From Thermoproteota archaeon (lineage in GTDB: Archaea; Korarchaeota; Korarchaeia; Korarchaeales; Korarchaeaceae): a DNA stretch of 44,802 bases. Each line of letters starts with the position of its first letter. The first letter of the stretch is position 1. A program made the translations under genes and the position numbers. The stretch covers positions 1 to 44,802 of the forward strand of contig JAOZFG010000021.1 in the NCBI GenBank assembly GCA_027491435.1, written 5' to 3'. The notes beneath the pieces were generated by a model. The model did not search any database. It was not told the DNA's origin and saw only the letters and a program-made list of their open reading frames with translations. Below are positions 16,963-25,420 of the stretch, one piece after another.

Positions 16963-19539
16963 TCACCTCACAACGTCCACCCCATAAGAGCTGGCAACGA
17001 GCTCCGCCTTCAGGGAGATCGTATAGATTTTGGCCCCAAAGTTCCTGGCGAGTATTATGGATGACATTTTCTCGGCGTCTAGCTCCGACTCAGGGGCTTC
17101 CATGAGTAGGAAGAGCGAGCTCACGTCGTCTAGGGGGACGACGTCCAGCACGCCCTCATTTATCGCTTGAGCTACCACTAAAGAGACAATAGGATCTTCC
17201 ATTGACCTCATTAAGGTCAGGTCGGAGATTACCGCTCTGCCTAGATCCCTGAGGCCGGTAACCCCGACGTTCAACAAAATCCCCCTTAAAGACTCATAAT
17301 CCATAACCACGTACTTCCTGTACCTCCTCCTAAGCAGTACTGGGAATAAGAGCACCATGAGAGGGAGTAGAACCGCCGGAGGAACAGCCACCTTCATTAT
17401 GCTCTCGACCTCTGGGGCTGCTAAGCCTTTATGAAGAAGCAATGTCACTCCAGAAGCCTTGTTGAATTCTGGAAGAGATGCTACATTAGTTATCTGGCCC
17501 GTAAAGTCTTTAGGTACCTTCATTTTGAACTCAACCACCGTAGTTCCTTTTCTGGGCACCACTACGGTCCACTCTAATTTCCCCCCTCTAGAGGACATGC
17601 CAAGGGGTTGTCCTATTGGAGGAAGTATATCTATTAACTTTGTCGTTACTCCTGTAGGCGAAGACACAGTTATAATGAATTTTATAACGCCCTTAGCTAT
17701 TACAAATCCAGATTTGGTCAAGGAAGCCTCTTTTTCCGGGATTTCAACCCTGAAAGTGGCTCTATAGGGCTTCCCGTTGACGTAGGCTATGTTCTCACCT
17801 ACGCCCCCTTCTGGGTACCCTTTTACAACCGCTGAGAAGGTGATAACTGCCTCTTGACCCGGCTCCAATTTCTCAATTACCCAGGTGAGCCCTCCCATGA
17901 AGGTCGCCCCCCTACCGGACTCAGTTCCCCTAACTAGGAGCAGATAGGCTGGTAAAGAGTCCGTTACCCTAACGTCCTTGGCTGAAGCGTTCCCCTCGTT
18001 TCTCACCCTTATCGTGAAGGTGATCGTCTCGCCCACCTTGACTACTGTAGGAGAGGCTGCCTTCGAGGCCACTATTCTAGGCACTCCGGTTACACCTAAT
18101 GTGGGTAAGGCGGTAGTGGAGGTGACGTTTTCCTGAGTAGGTCCGCCAGTTGTCGGGGCTGGGCCCTTAGCTTTCACCACTACTTTTATGGAGTCTGAGG
18201 CCACTTCCCTGCCTTGATAGTAGACCCTGTTAGTTATCACCCCGGGCTCCTCAGCCACTACCCTAGCTTTGAAGGAGATCGTCTTGGTCTCCCCAGGTTT
18301 CACCTCACCGAAGTTCCAGTATTGACCCTCCCTCAATTCCTCAGGTCCGGACAGGTAAGACAGGCCCTCCGGCAAGGGATCCACCACCAGCACTTCGTGG
18401 GCCGTAATGTTCCCCTCGTTAGACACTGACAGGCTTATCGTAACCACGTCTCCAGGCTTGACGACTTTGGGGGACATTGACTTTCTGAAAGACAGCTCCT
18501 GAATAAGCTCCTCCCGCTCATGGCAGGTTATGGGAGGTTCAACTACCGGGGCCTCAACTGTTGGTGGGTTGCCTGAAGAGGGGGCTGTGAAGTACTCTTG
18601 ATCGAAGATGACCGTGAAGTTTGCCGTGGCGAAGTACTTGGGTATGCTCTCCGGGCTGTCGCTTACTATGGGAGAGGCCCACACCTCCCCAGGTTCGATA
18701 ACTCGATTTGGGTGGAAGCACCTCACCAGCCTCCCGTTAACTTCATCGTAGAGGCAGACCTCGGTGAGGTTAACCTTAACCCCCCTAGCCGAGTTCTTGA
18801 AGGTGGCGCCGACCTGCCAGCCCCCGTCCCTTGACTTAATGACCCCCACCTGAGCAGAGGTCGTCCCGTGAGCCTTCAACCTGATGGAGGCCCCCTCAGC
18901 CCTGAAGGTTATCCTGGCGGCCGGGAGCAAGCATGCGTTAATTTCAGCGAGACCCTCCACCGTCAAAGTTACTGGAGATGAGAGGACGCTCGCGTTCCAG
19001 GTGAAAACTCCTCCATCGAAGGAGCCCTGGCTAACCACCACGTCGCTCAGCCAGGGAAGCGACTTTGAGAAGGATACTTCCCTCAAGGTTCCGTTTGGTA
19101 TGAGCCTAACGGTAAGCTTGAACCTCGTCCTCTCCCTCCTGACGAAGTTTGTAGGCGTTACAGTCTCCTCCACCCTCAGGGGAGGAGAGTAATTTGAAGG
19201 GTCTAGAGCCTCGTAGTACCAAACTACCTCTTCCCCTGGCATCAGCTGGTTGAGTTTAAGGGGGCTCGGAAGCCAGTCAGAGCTGAAGGGCCTCACCATC
19301 TTGACTTTAAACTTACCCTGATCGTACCAGATCCTAATCGAGGATATAACGTCTGATGTCGGGTTCTTCAAAACTATGAGGCCCCAGACCCGGTCTACCT
19401 GGTAGCTCCCGTCGTACTTGAAGGTCACCTCTAAATACTCGGTGACGCTTAAGAGGGGGGCCGAGGGGGGAGAGGCCAGCAGGGTCGAGCCCCCCAGCAA
19501 ACATAAGAGAGCTACCAGGAAGACCGGCCAGAGCCTCAA
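16963..19539 (-). CDS. Surface protein with DUF11-like Ig repeats, TM helix and cytoplasmic PIN-like domain
   Basis: Signal peptide; DUF11 motifs K..SP.VV..G..VT..L.V.NEGN..A..V.V.D.LP (two clear, one degenerate); Pro/Thr linkers; TM followed by RRRYRK; ~115-aa C-terminal domain. Confidence 0.85.
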   Translation of the reverse strand: MRLWPVFLVALLCLLGGSTLLASPPSAPLLSVTEYLEVTFKYDGSYQVDRVWGLIVLKNPTSDVISSIRIWYDQGKFKVKMVRPFSSDWLPSPLKLNQLMPGEEVVWYYEALDPSNYSPPLRVEETVTPTNFVRRERTRFKLTVRLIPNGTLREVSFSKSLPWLSDVVVSQGSFDGGVFTWNASVLSSPVTLTVEGLAEINACLLPAARITFRAEGASIRLKAHGTTSAQVGVIKSRDGGWQVGATFKNSARGVKVNLTEVCLYDEVNGRLVRCFHPNRVIEPGEVWASPIVSDSPESIPKYFATANFTVIFDQEYFTAPSSGNPPTVEAPVVEPPITCHEREELIQELSFRKSMSPKVVKPGDVVTISLSVSNEGNITAHEVLVVDPLPEGLSYLSGPEELREGQYWNFGEVKPGETKTISFKARVVAEEPGVITNRVYYQGREVASDSIKVVVKAKGPAPTTGGPTQENVTSTTALPTLGVTGVPRIVASKAASPTVVKVGETITFTIRVRNEGNASAKDVRVTDSLPAYLLLVRGTESGRGATFMGGLTWVIEKLEPGQEAVITFSAVVKGYPEGGVGENIAYVNGKPYRATFRVEIPEKEASLTKSGFVIAKGVIKFIITVSSPTGVTTKLIDILPPIGQPLGMSSRGGKLEWTVVVPRKGTTVVEFKMKVPKDFTGQITNVASLPEFNKASGVTLLLHKGLAAPEVESIMKVAVPPAVLLPLMVLLFPVLLRRRYRKYVVMDYESLRGILLNVGVTGLRDLGRAVISDLTLMRSMEDPIVSLVVAQAINEGVLDVVPLDDVSSLFLLMEAPESELDAEKMSSIILARNFGAKIYTISLKAELVASSYGVDVVR

Positions 19540-20207
19540 GATTTCACCTTTCTAATTACTAGCCCTATCAATATCAAGAGGAATGCCAGCGAGGGCCAGA
19601 AGACCAAGTACCCCTTAACCGGCAGCGTCGGGAGGGGGACTTGGGAGTACTCCAACTCAAGGAAGCCGCTATGAAGGTCCCAAATGACGGTAGACGACAG
19701 GGACTTAGGCTCTGGCTTCACGTAAGTGACGTGATAACCTGGAGGAACGCTGATGACCACTCTCATACCCTGTACTCTTGTGGAGAACTTGGATACTGGC
19801 ATCTTAAACTCGTGGAAGAGGAGTCCCTTAGTGACGGCCCCCCTCACCTCGAAGTGTATCTTCACCTTCACGCTCTTATTGGAGGGGATGGGCCTCCAGA
19901 CCGTGTACCTGATCTTGTCTTTCAGCTTGATGGCCTCCACCTCTTTCCCATCTATCCAAGCTTTAACGTCTAGCACACTTTCTGGGCTCACGGTCAGGTT
20001 GACGTAACCGTACCCTGGCACTACTGGCACCTTGGCGGTGTTCACGATCTCCCCCTGTATAGTCACGAGGGCGTTTCCGTTTTCATCTAGAGAGACCTGT
20101 ATCAATACGTCTCTAAAAACTAGTGGATTATACTCTTGAGCACTTATCTGAAAAAATCCTATAAAAAATAAAGGGATGAGGAGTAATGATAGGTACTTGC
20201 CGCTCAT
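19536..20207 (-). CDS. Exported beta-sandwich protein with C-terminal TM anchor
   Basis: Signal peptide, beta-rich body, C-terminal hydrophobic helix plus RKVK. Abuts or overlaps both neighbours. Confidence 0.8.
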   Translation of the reverse strand: MSGKYLSLLLIPLFFIGFFQISAQEYNPLVFRDVLIQVSLDENGNALVTIQGEIVNTAKVPVVPGYGYVNLTVSPESVLDVKAWIDGKEVEAIKLKDKIRYTVWRPIPSNKSVKVKIHFEVRGAVTKGLLFHEFKMPVSKFSTRVQGMRVVISVPPGYHVTYVKPEPKSLSSTVIWDLHSGFLELEYSQVPLPTLPVKGYLVFWPSLAFLLILIGLVIRKVKS

Positions 20208-22409
20208 TTATTCCCTCCTCGCTGCTATTGCTATGCTAGCGAAGAGGGCCAACATAGCTATTAAGGAGAACACCCACTCGTTGCTTTCAGCCTTGGCTAT
20301 ACCGAACACGGTGTAGGGTTGGAACACCGATATGGAGTCCATGGTGTTCCTGGGATCCACGCCGACCACGTAGATGTCAGTCATGTTATACTGTCCGGTG
20401 CCTGAGACGCAGTAGTAGACGAACACTGGGTTGTACACGTCCATATCCAAGTTTTCGTAGTATCCCTTGGCCGAAACCAAGACGTAGCCCCCGCTGCCGG
20501 CGGCTATGCTGTCGTGCACCAGAGCCACCAGGAAGGTAGTCTCAGCGGCGCCAGTACCAGCGACTAATTCGTTTCCTTCCGTGTAGGCAGTGCCGTTTAT
20601 CTCTATGGTGGAGGCGTCAACCACCTTGACCGTCCAGTCCCTGGTGCTGCCATCAGCCATGGTCACGGTCACGGTCTTGGTAGTGGCTGTATCGGGGAAC
20701 CACTCAAGAAAGCCCTTCTGGGGAGCGGGTATCGGGTAGGACTTCCAAATGTACATCTTTGTGTACCCAGTTATCCCAGTCACTATCTGAGAGACGTCCG
20801 CGGGCACATCCCCTGGGGCTCCGTTGTCTTCTGCCAGCATGGCGTACGGGTAGAAGTTCATGTAACCCTCGGTGGCAACGTCCAACGGGCCGAAGTTTAT
20901 AGGTAAGAGGTCGTAGAACTCTAGGTAGGGAGTTATCCATTGACCAGCGTTTTCTAGGCTAACGGCCACACAGTAGGCTCCAGCTCCGGCAGTGGCATTA
21001 GCCCTTACCTCCTTCTTAGCTTTAACCAGGTATCCTTTAACGACCCATATCATCTCCTTAAGCCAGTAGCTGGTCTTACCGTCCACCTCCTTTACCGTGC
21101 CGTTGGTGTAGTTATACCACCCATTAGTCTCAGCTGGGTCTTTAGCTATTATAGCTATGAACTTAGCCCATTCCTTGGGAACTCCCGTGTAAGAGAAGCT
21201 CTGTGGAGTCGCCGGGAAGTTGTACCAGCTTCCCGGGTTCACGGTGGCTAGAGGAGTGCCTGAGCTGCTCACCCTAGATCCAGTTATTGCTGGGGAGTTC
21301 GGGTTGTTGTCAGGAGTTGCCCAGACGGTGGCATTCAACACTTCGTACTTGAAGAGGCCGCTTGAAGCGTAGAAGGTGGCGTTTATGTACCAGGTGCTAG
21401 GGTTGGTCGTGTCCTGCTCCTTCTTAACTGCCAGGGATGACTTGGCCGTGGCGTAGAAGAAGGGCACTTGAGCTCCAGTTATGGTGTGCGGAGCTGTGAA
21501 ATAAACGTAAACCCTACCTATCTCCACTTTCGTTGTTGATCCGCCGACCTCATCCAGTTTAGGCGTGCCCTGCACCTGGAAGTTCTCTATCTTAGCTGAT
21601 GAACCGCTGGTCAAGGTTATGTAACCGCCAGGCCAAGTGCCGTCGCTGGTCCAGTACAGGGTCTTGCTGTCACCAGATAGGCCAGTGGCTCCCGTGTCAG
21701 GCGTGCCAGCGCTGGTGAATATTGGGTTGTTGGTCACAGCATCGTCCCAGCCGTCAGTGGTTGAGTTAGCGTCAGGCGGCAGGACCTTCTTTATCTTTAA
21801 GTTAACGTCAAAGGGGAAACCGTTGGTCACAGTCAGGTTTATGTTTATGGTGGAACTGGCCCCGTCAACTATCTTGTAGGGGTCCATCTCCTCGGAAAGG
21901 GTGATGGGCGGGCACAGCGTGTTGGCAGTGGCGTTGTAAGTTATTACTACCCTCTCCCCGCTCTGAAGCTCTGTTATGTGGACCCACCTGGTGGGAGTGG
22001 GAGTCCCCACCCTAGAGTTGTAGTCATCGTAGAGCCACTTGGGTATGGAGCTGGTTGAATGCGTAGTGCCTATGGTAACGGTGGCTGTGGCCGGTTTCTC
22101 CTCTATCTTGATGTAAGAGTCGTCAGCGGATGAGGTGTAAGTGTAAGAAGTAGTGTCCAGGACTATAGGAACCCATATGTCGGACACCCTTTCGCCAGCG
22201 CCGTTGTAAACCGTTATGTTTCCCTCCACGAACCAGCCAAAGCACCTCACGTTGGTGCCGTCGAACTCCACAGCGGCGTTAACGTACTCTGAAACGTAAA
22301 CTGAAACGGGGGCATCAGGCCTAGCTACAACATAAGGCATTACGGAGGTTAGCAGGATCAGAGCCAAGCTCAGAACCGCAAACCTTCTGTAGAGCTTTCG
22401 GCTGAACAT
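20208..22409 (-). CDS. Large secreted glycoprotein, probable cell-surface structural subunit (paralog of the N-terminal half of 16963..19539)
   Basis: Signal peptide, Thr/Asn/Gly-rich, many NxT/S sequons, C-terminal TM plus RRE. From memory it resembles the uncharacterised MJ1393/AF2028-type proteins (unverified). Confidence 0.85.
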   Translation of the reverse strand: MFSRKLYRRFAVLSLALILLTSVMPYVVARPDAPVSVYVSEYVNAAVEFDGTNVRCFGWFVEGNITVYNGAGERVSDIWVPIVLDTTSYTYTSSADDSYIKIEEKPATATVTIGTTHSTSSIPKWLYDDYNSRVGTPTPTRWVHITELQSGERVVITYNATANTLCPPITLSEEMDPYKIVDGASSTININLTVTNGFPFDVNLKIKKVLPPDANSTTDGWDDAVTNNPIFTSAGTPDTGATGLSGDSKTLYWTSDGTWPGGYITLTSGSSAKIENFQVQGTPKLDEVGGSTTKVEIGRVYVYFTAPHTITGAQVPFFYATAKSSLAVKKEQDTTNPSTWYINATFYASSGLFKYEVLNATVWATPDNNPNSPAITGSRVSSSGTPLATVNPGSWYNFPATPQSFSYTGVPKEWAKFIAIIAKDPAETNGWYNYTNGTVKEVDGKTSYWLKEMIWVVKGYLVKAKKEVRANATAGAGAYCVAVSLENAGQWITPYLEFYDLLPINFGPLDVATEGYMNFYPYAMLAEDNGAPGDVPADVSQIVTGITGYTKMYIWKSYPIPAPQKGFLEWFPDTATTKTVTVTMADGSTRDWTVKVVDASTIEINGTAYTEGNELVAGTGAAETTFLVALVHDSIAAGSGGYVLVSAKGYYENLDMDVYNPVFVYYCVSGTGQYNMTDIYVVGVDPRNTMDSISVFQPYTVFGIAKAESNEWVFSLIAMLALFASIAIAARRE

Positions 22410-22552
22410 TCTAGCATCACCCTTTATTTTTCATTACCTGTATTATCACAGCATTGCAATGCATATTAAAGGTTCTAGGTCAGGGCCCAAACGGTTCCTC
22501 TGCAACAGTTTCATCAAGCTGACAGTTCAACGAAAGGTAAAACATAAAATAA

Positions 22553-23695
22553 CTAACCCCTGGACACATACCACTTAAACAGGGAAGGCGATAGGAAGAC
22601 CGTAATGAGGGCGTATACCACTATGGTGGAGTATATCCCTATGTCTATTAAGCCGATCCTGAGCCCGGCTTCGGCGGCCGCTATGACTAAGCTGAGCTTG
22701 GCCCACATTATTATGCCCATGGAAAAGGCCTTTCTCCCGTTAAGCCCCCTCCCTTTGGCGGAAAAGTAGACACCTGCCACCTTGCCTACCAGGCTTATGA
22801 GGATCAACCCTACTATCAGCAAGGCGTTTCCACCGGAGAATATGGCCATTAAGTCAATCTTGCTTCCGGTTATCAGGAAGAACATTGGGATGAAGAGGGC
22901 ATACCCAAATGATGCTAGGTTCTTGAGCAGGTAGTCCACCGACTCTATAAGCTCTGATATAATGATTCCGGCGAAAAAAGCCCCAACCACGCCGTGTATC
23001 CCGACGGACTCAGCCAAGTAGGTGAAGACCACCATTAAAACCATGCTCAGCCTGGTGGAGAAGTGATACCTCTCCTCCATGTCCGAGATCTTATGCACTA
23101 CCCTGGAGTAGAGCTTAACCGCCTTGTAAGAGGGGTAGATTAGGGCCAAGGCCACAGCGGCCATTATCAGGGTGTCCGTATTGGGGCTAGTTTCCTGTAT
23201 GACCATGGCGAGGATGAACATGCTCAACATGTCTGAAACCGCTGTAGCCCCTATGGTGAGTTTGTAGAACGAATCTGATCCAGAATTCAGCTTCATCTCC
23301 GTTATTGTAGGCAAGACTATGCCAACAGAGGTAGTTGAGGATATCACCCCTACAAGCTCAGGGCTAACGTTGAGGGCCAGGCCAAGCAGGTAGCCTAAGG
23401 CGAAGGGAACCAGTGTGGCAGAGGTCCCTATTATTAGGGAGTCTTTACCTCCCTTCCTCAAGAAGTCCATCTCAACCTCTAGGCCAGCCAGAAACAGCAA
23501 ATAGATGAGGCCGAAGTCGAAAAGGAAGCCTATCCAGTCTGAAGTGACGTCAACAACTCCCAGTATGGACTTGCCCAGGAGCATGCCGAGCATTATCTCT
23601 ATGACGACACATGGAATGCCGCTCCTCCTGGCAACCAGGGGAGCTACTATCGATGCGAGGCCTAGAATTGCGAGTGAAGCTATATCTGAGCTCAC
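22553..23695 (-). CDS. Cation:proton antiporter (CPA2/Kef-type)
   Basis: Motifs GLIYLLFLAGLE, STTSVGIV, ATAVSDM, GAFFAG, FIPMFF and GKVAG; about 12 TM helices. Confidence 0.93.
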   Translation of the reverse strand: MSSDIASLAILGLASIVAPLVARRSGIPCVVIEIMLGMLLGKSILGVVDVTSDWIGFLFDFGLIYLLFLAGLEVEMDFLRKGGKDSLIIGTSATLVPFALGYLLGLALNVSPELVGVISSTTSVGIVLPTITEMKLNSGSDSFYKLTIGATAVSDMLSMFILAMVIQETSPNTDTLIMAAVALALIYPSYKAVKLYSRVVHKISDMEERYHFSTRLSMVLMVVFTYLAESVGIHGVVGAFFAGIIISELIESVDYLLKNLASFGYALFIPMFFLITGSKIDLMAIFSGGNALLIVGLILISLVGKVAGVYFSAKGRGLNGRKAFSMGIIMWAKLSLVIAAAEAGLRIGLIDIGIYSTIVVYALITVFLSPSLFKWYVSRG

Positions 23696-23791
23696 GGAGC
23701 TACTCAGCTGGCTAATTAATAAAAAGTTTGAGTCGCTAAGGAGGAGGGAACAGTTATTAGCCAGTTTCCCGAGTTTCGAACGGTGGAAACG

Positions 23792-24808
23792 ATGGCATTC
23801 GGGGCCTTCATAGTACCAAAGAAGGAGGAGCTGCCAAGGGACTGGGACATTATAGTGATAGGTGGCGGACCTGGAGGCTTAACAGCTGCAATCTACCTGG
23901 CCAGGTACGGGTTCAGGGTCCTAGTGATAGAAAAGGAGACTCCGGGAGGTAAGGTAAACATAAATCCGATAATAGAGAACTACCCCGGCTTCAAGGAGAT
24001 CACTGGCGAGGAACTGGCCAAGATATTTCACGAGCATGCCGTTCACGCTGGAGCCAAGCTTCTATTTCCGGAAGAGGTGGTCAAGCTAGAGCTTAAGGGG
24101 GACTGGAAGAAGGTGTACACGGCTTCAGGAAAGGAGTTCTCTGCTAGGGCCTTGATAATAGCTACGGGATCTGTGGATAAGACCCTAGGAGTTCCTGGAG
24201 AAATAGAGTTCTACGGAAAGGGGGTCAGTTACTGTGCCGTGTGCGACGGACCCCTCTACAAGGGGAAGAAGGTTGTGGTTGTCGGAGGAGGGGATACAGC
24301 TGCTATATCTACCATCTACCTCTCCAGGATAGTCAGGGAAATAGTGCTGGTTCATAGGAGGGATAAGATGAGGGCCGAGAAGGCCTTAGCCGACAGGGTG
24401 CTGTCCCTGCCTAACGTCACGTTCAAGTGGAGCAGTGTGGTCACAGAGATACTTGGGGACAACAAGGTCAAGGCCGTTAAAGTGAAGAACCTGAAGACCG
24501 GAGAGGAGGAGGTCATAGACACGGATGCTGTCTTCATATTCATAGGGGTGAAGCCCCAGAGCGACCTGGCTAAGGCTGCAGGCGTTGAAGTGGACGACAA
24601 CGGTTTCATAAAAGTTGATTATTGGCAGAGGACTAACTGTTATGGAGTTTACGCCGTAGGGGACGTCACTGGAGAGCCCATGCAGATAGCCAAGGCTGTG
24701 GGTGACGGAGTGAAGGCGGCCACGGACATCAACGACAGGCTGTTCGGTGGGGCTTATGGAGATTACCCAGGTAAGTGGCACGTCGAACCTTGTCCTACTT
24801 CTGACTAA
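23792..24808 (+). CDS. trxB: Thioredoxin reductase
   Basis: Motifs GGGPGGLTAAIY, IENYPGF, GKGVSYCAVCDG, VVGGGDTA, HRRDKMRA and AVGDV. Start placed at ATG 23792 after a GGTGG RBS. Confidence 0.96.
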   Translation: MAFGAFIVPKKEELPRDWDIIVIGGGPGGLTAAIYLARYGFRVLVIEKETPGGKVNINPIIENYPGFKEITGEELAKIFHEHAVHAGAKLLFPEEVVKLELKGDWKKVYTASGKEFSARALIIATGSVDKTLGVPGEIEFYGKGVSYCAVCDGPLYKGKKVVVVGGGDTAAISTIYLSRIVREIVLVHRRDKMRAEKALADRVLSLPNVTFKWSSVVTEILGDNKVKAVKVKNLKTGEEEVIDTDAVFIFIGVKPQSDLAKAAGVEVDDNGFIKVDYWQRTNCYGVYAVGDVTGEPMQIAKAVGDGVKAATDINDRLFGGAYGDYPGKWHVEPCPTSD

Positions 24809-24862
24809 ATTTTTTACATAATTCTTTATTAAGGGTTCTCTATTCTATTATCAGGTGTTAAT

Positions 24863-25420
24863 ATGACCAAGGTCCTTATAATCGCTGGGGACGCTGTGGA
24901 GGCCCTCGAGCTATTCTACCCCTACTTTAGGTTAAAAGAGGAGGGCTTCGAAGTTGATGTGGCCGCTCCCTCCAAGAAGACCCTGTACACGGTAGTTCAC
25001 GACTTCGAGCCAGGGGTGGAGACTTACACGGAGAAGCCAGGGTACAGGTTCGGGTGGGTGACTAAGTCGTTCAAGGAAGTTAACCCTGAGGAGTATGATG
25101 GCCTGGTGATACCAGGGGGAAGGGCTCCTGAGTACATAAGAACTTACCCGGAGCTGGAAGGTGTAGTTAAGCACTTCTTTGAGGAAGGTAAGCCAGTAGC
25201 TGCCATCTGCCACGGTCCTCTAGTCCTAGCGGCCTACAATTTGGTGAAGGGGAGGAAGATGACCGCCTACATGGTGCTAAAGTCCGACATAGAGAACTCT
25301 GGAGGCACCTACGTTGATGAGGAGGTTGTCGTAGACGGCAACCTGGTTACCAGCAGGGCCTGGCCGGACAACCCCGCCTGGATGAGGGAGTTCATCAGGC
25401 TGTTGAAAGACCGTGACTAA
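24863..25420 (+). CDS. pfpI: DJ-1/PfpI-family protein (intracellular protease/deglycase)
   Basis: Motifs EALE, YDGLVIPGGRAPEY, AAICHGP and VVDGNLVTSRAWPD. Confidence 0.93.
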   Translation: MTKVLIIAGDAVEALELFYPYFRLKEEGFEVDVAAPSKKTLYTVVHDFEPGVETYTEKPGYRFGWVTKSFKEVNPEEYDGLVIPGGRAPEYIRTYPELEGVVKHFFEEGKPVAAICHGPLVLAAYNLVKGRKMTAYMVLKSDIENSGGTYVDEEVVVDGNLVTSRAWPDNPAWMREFIRLLKDRD

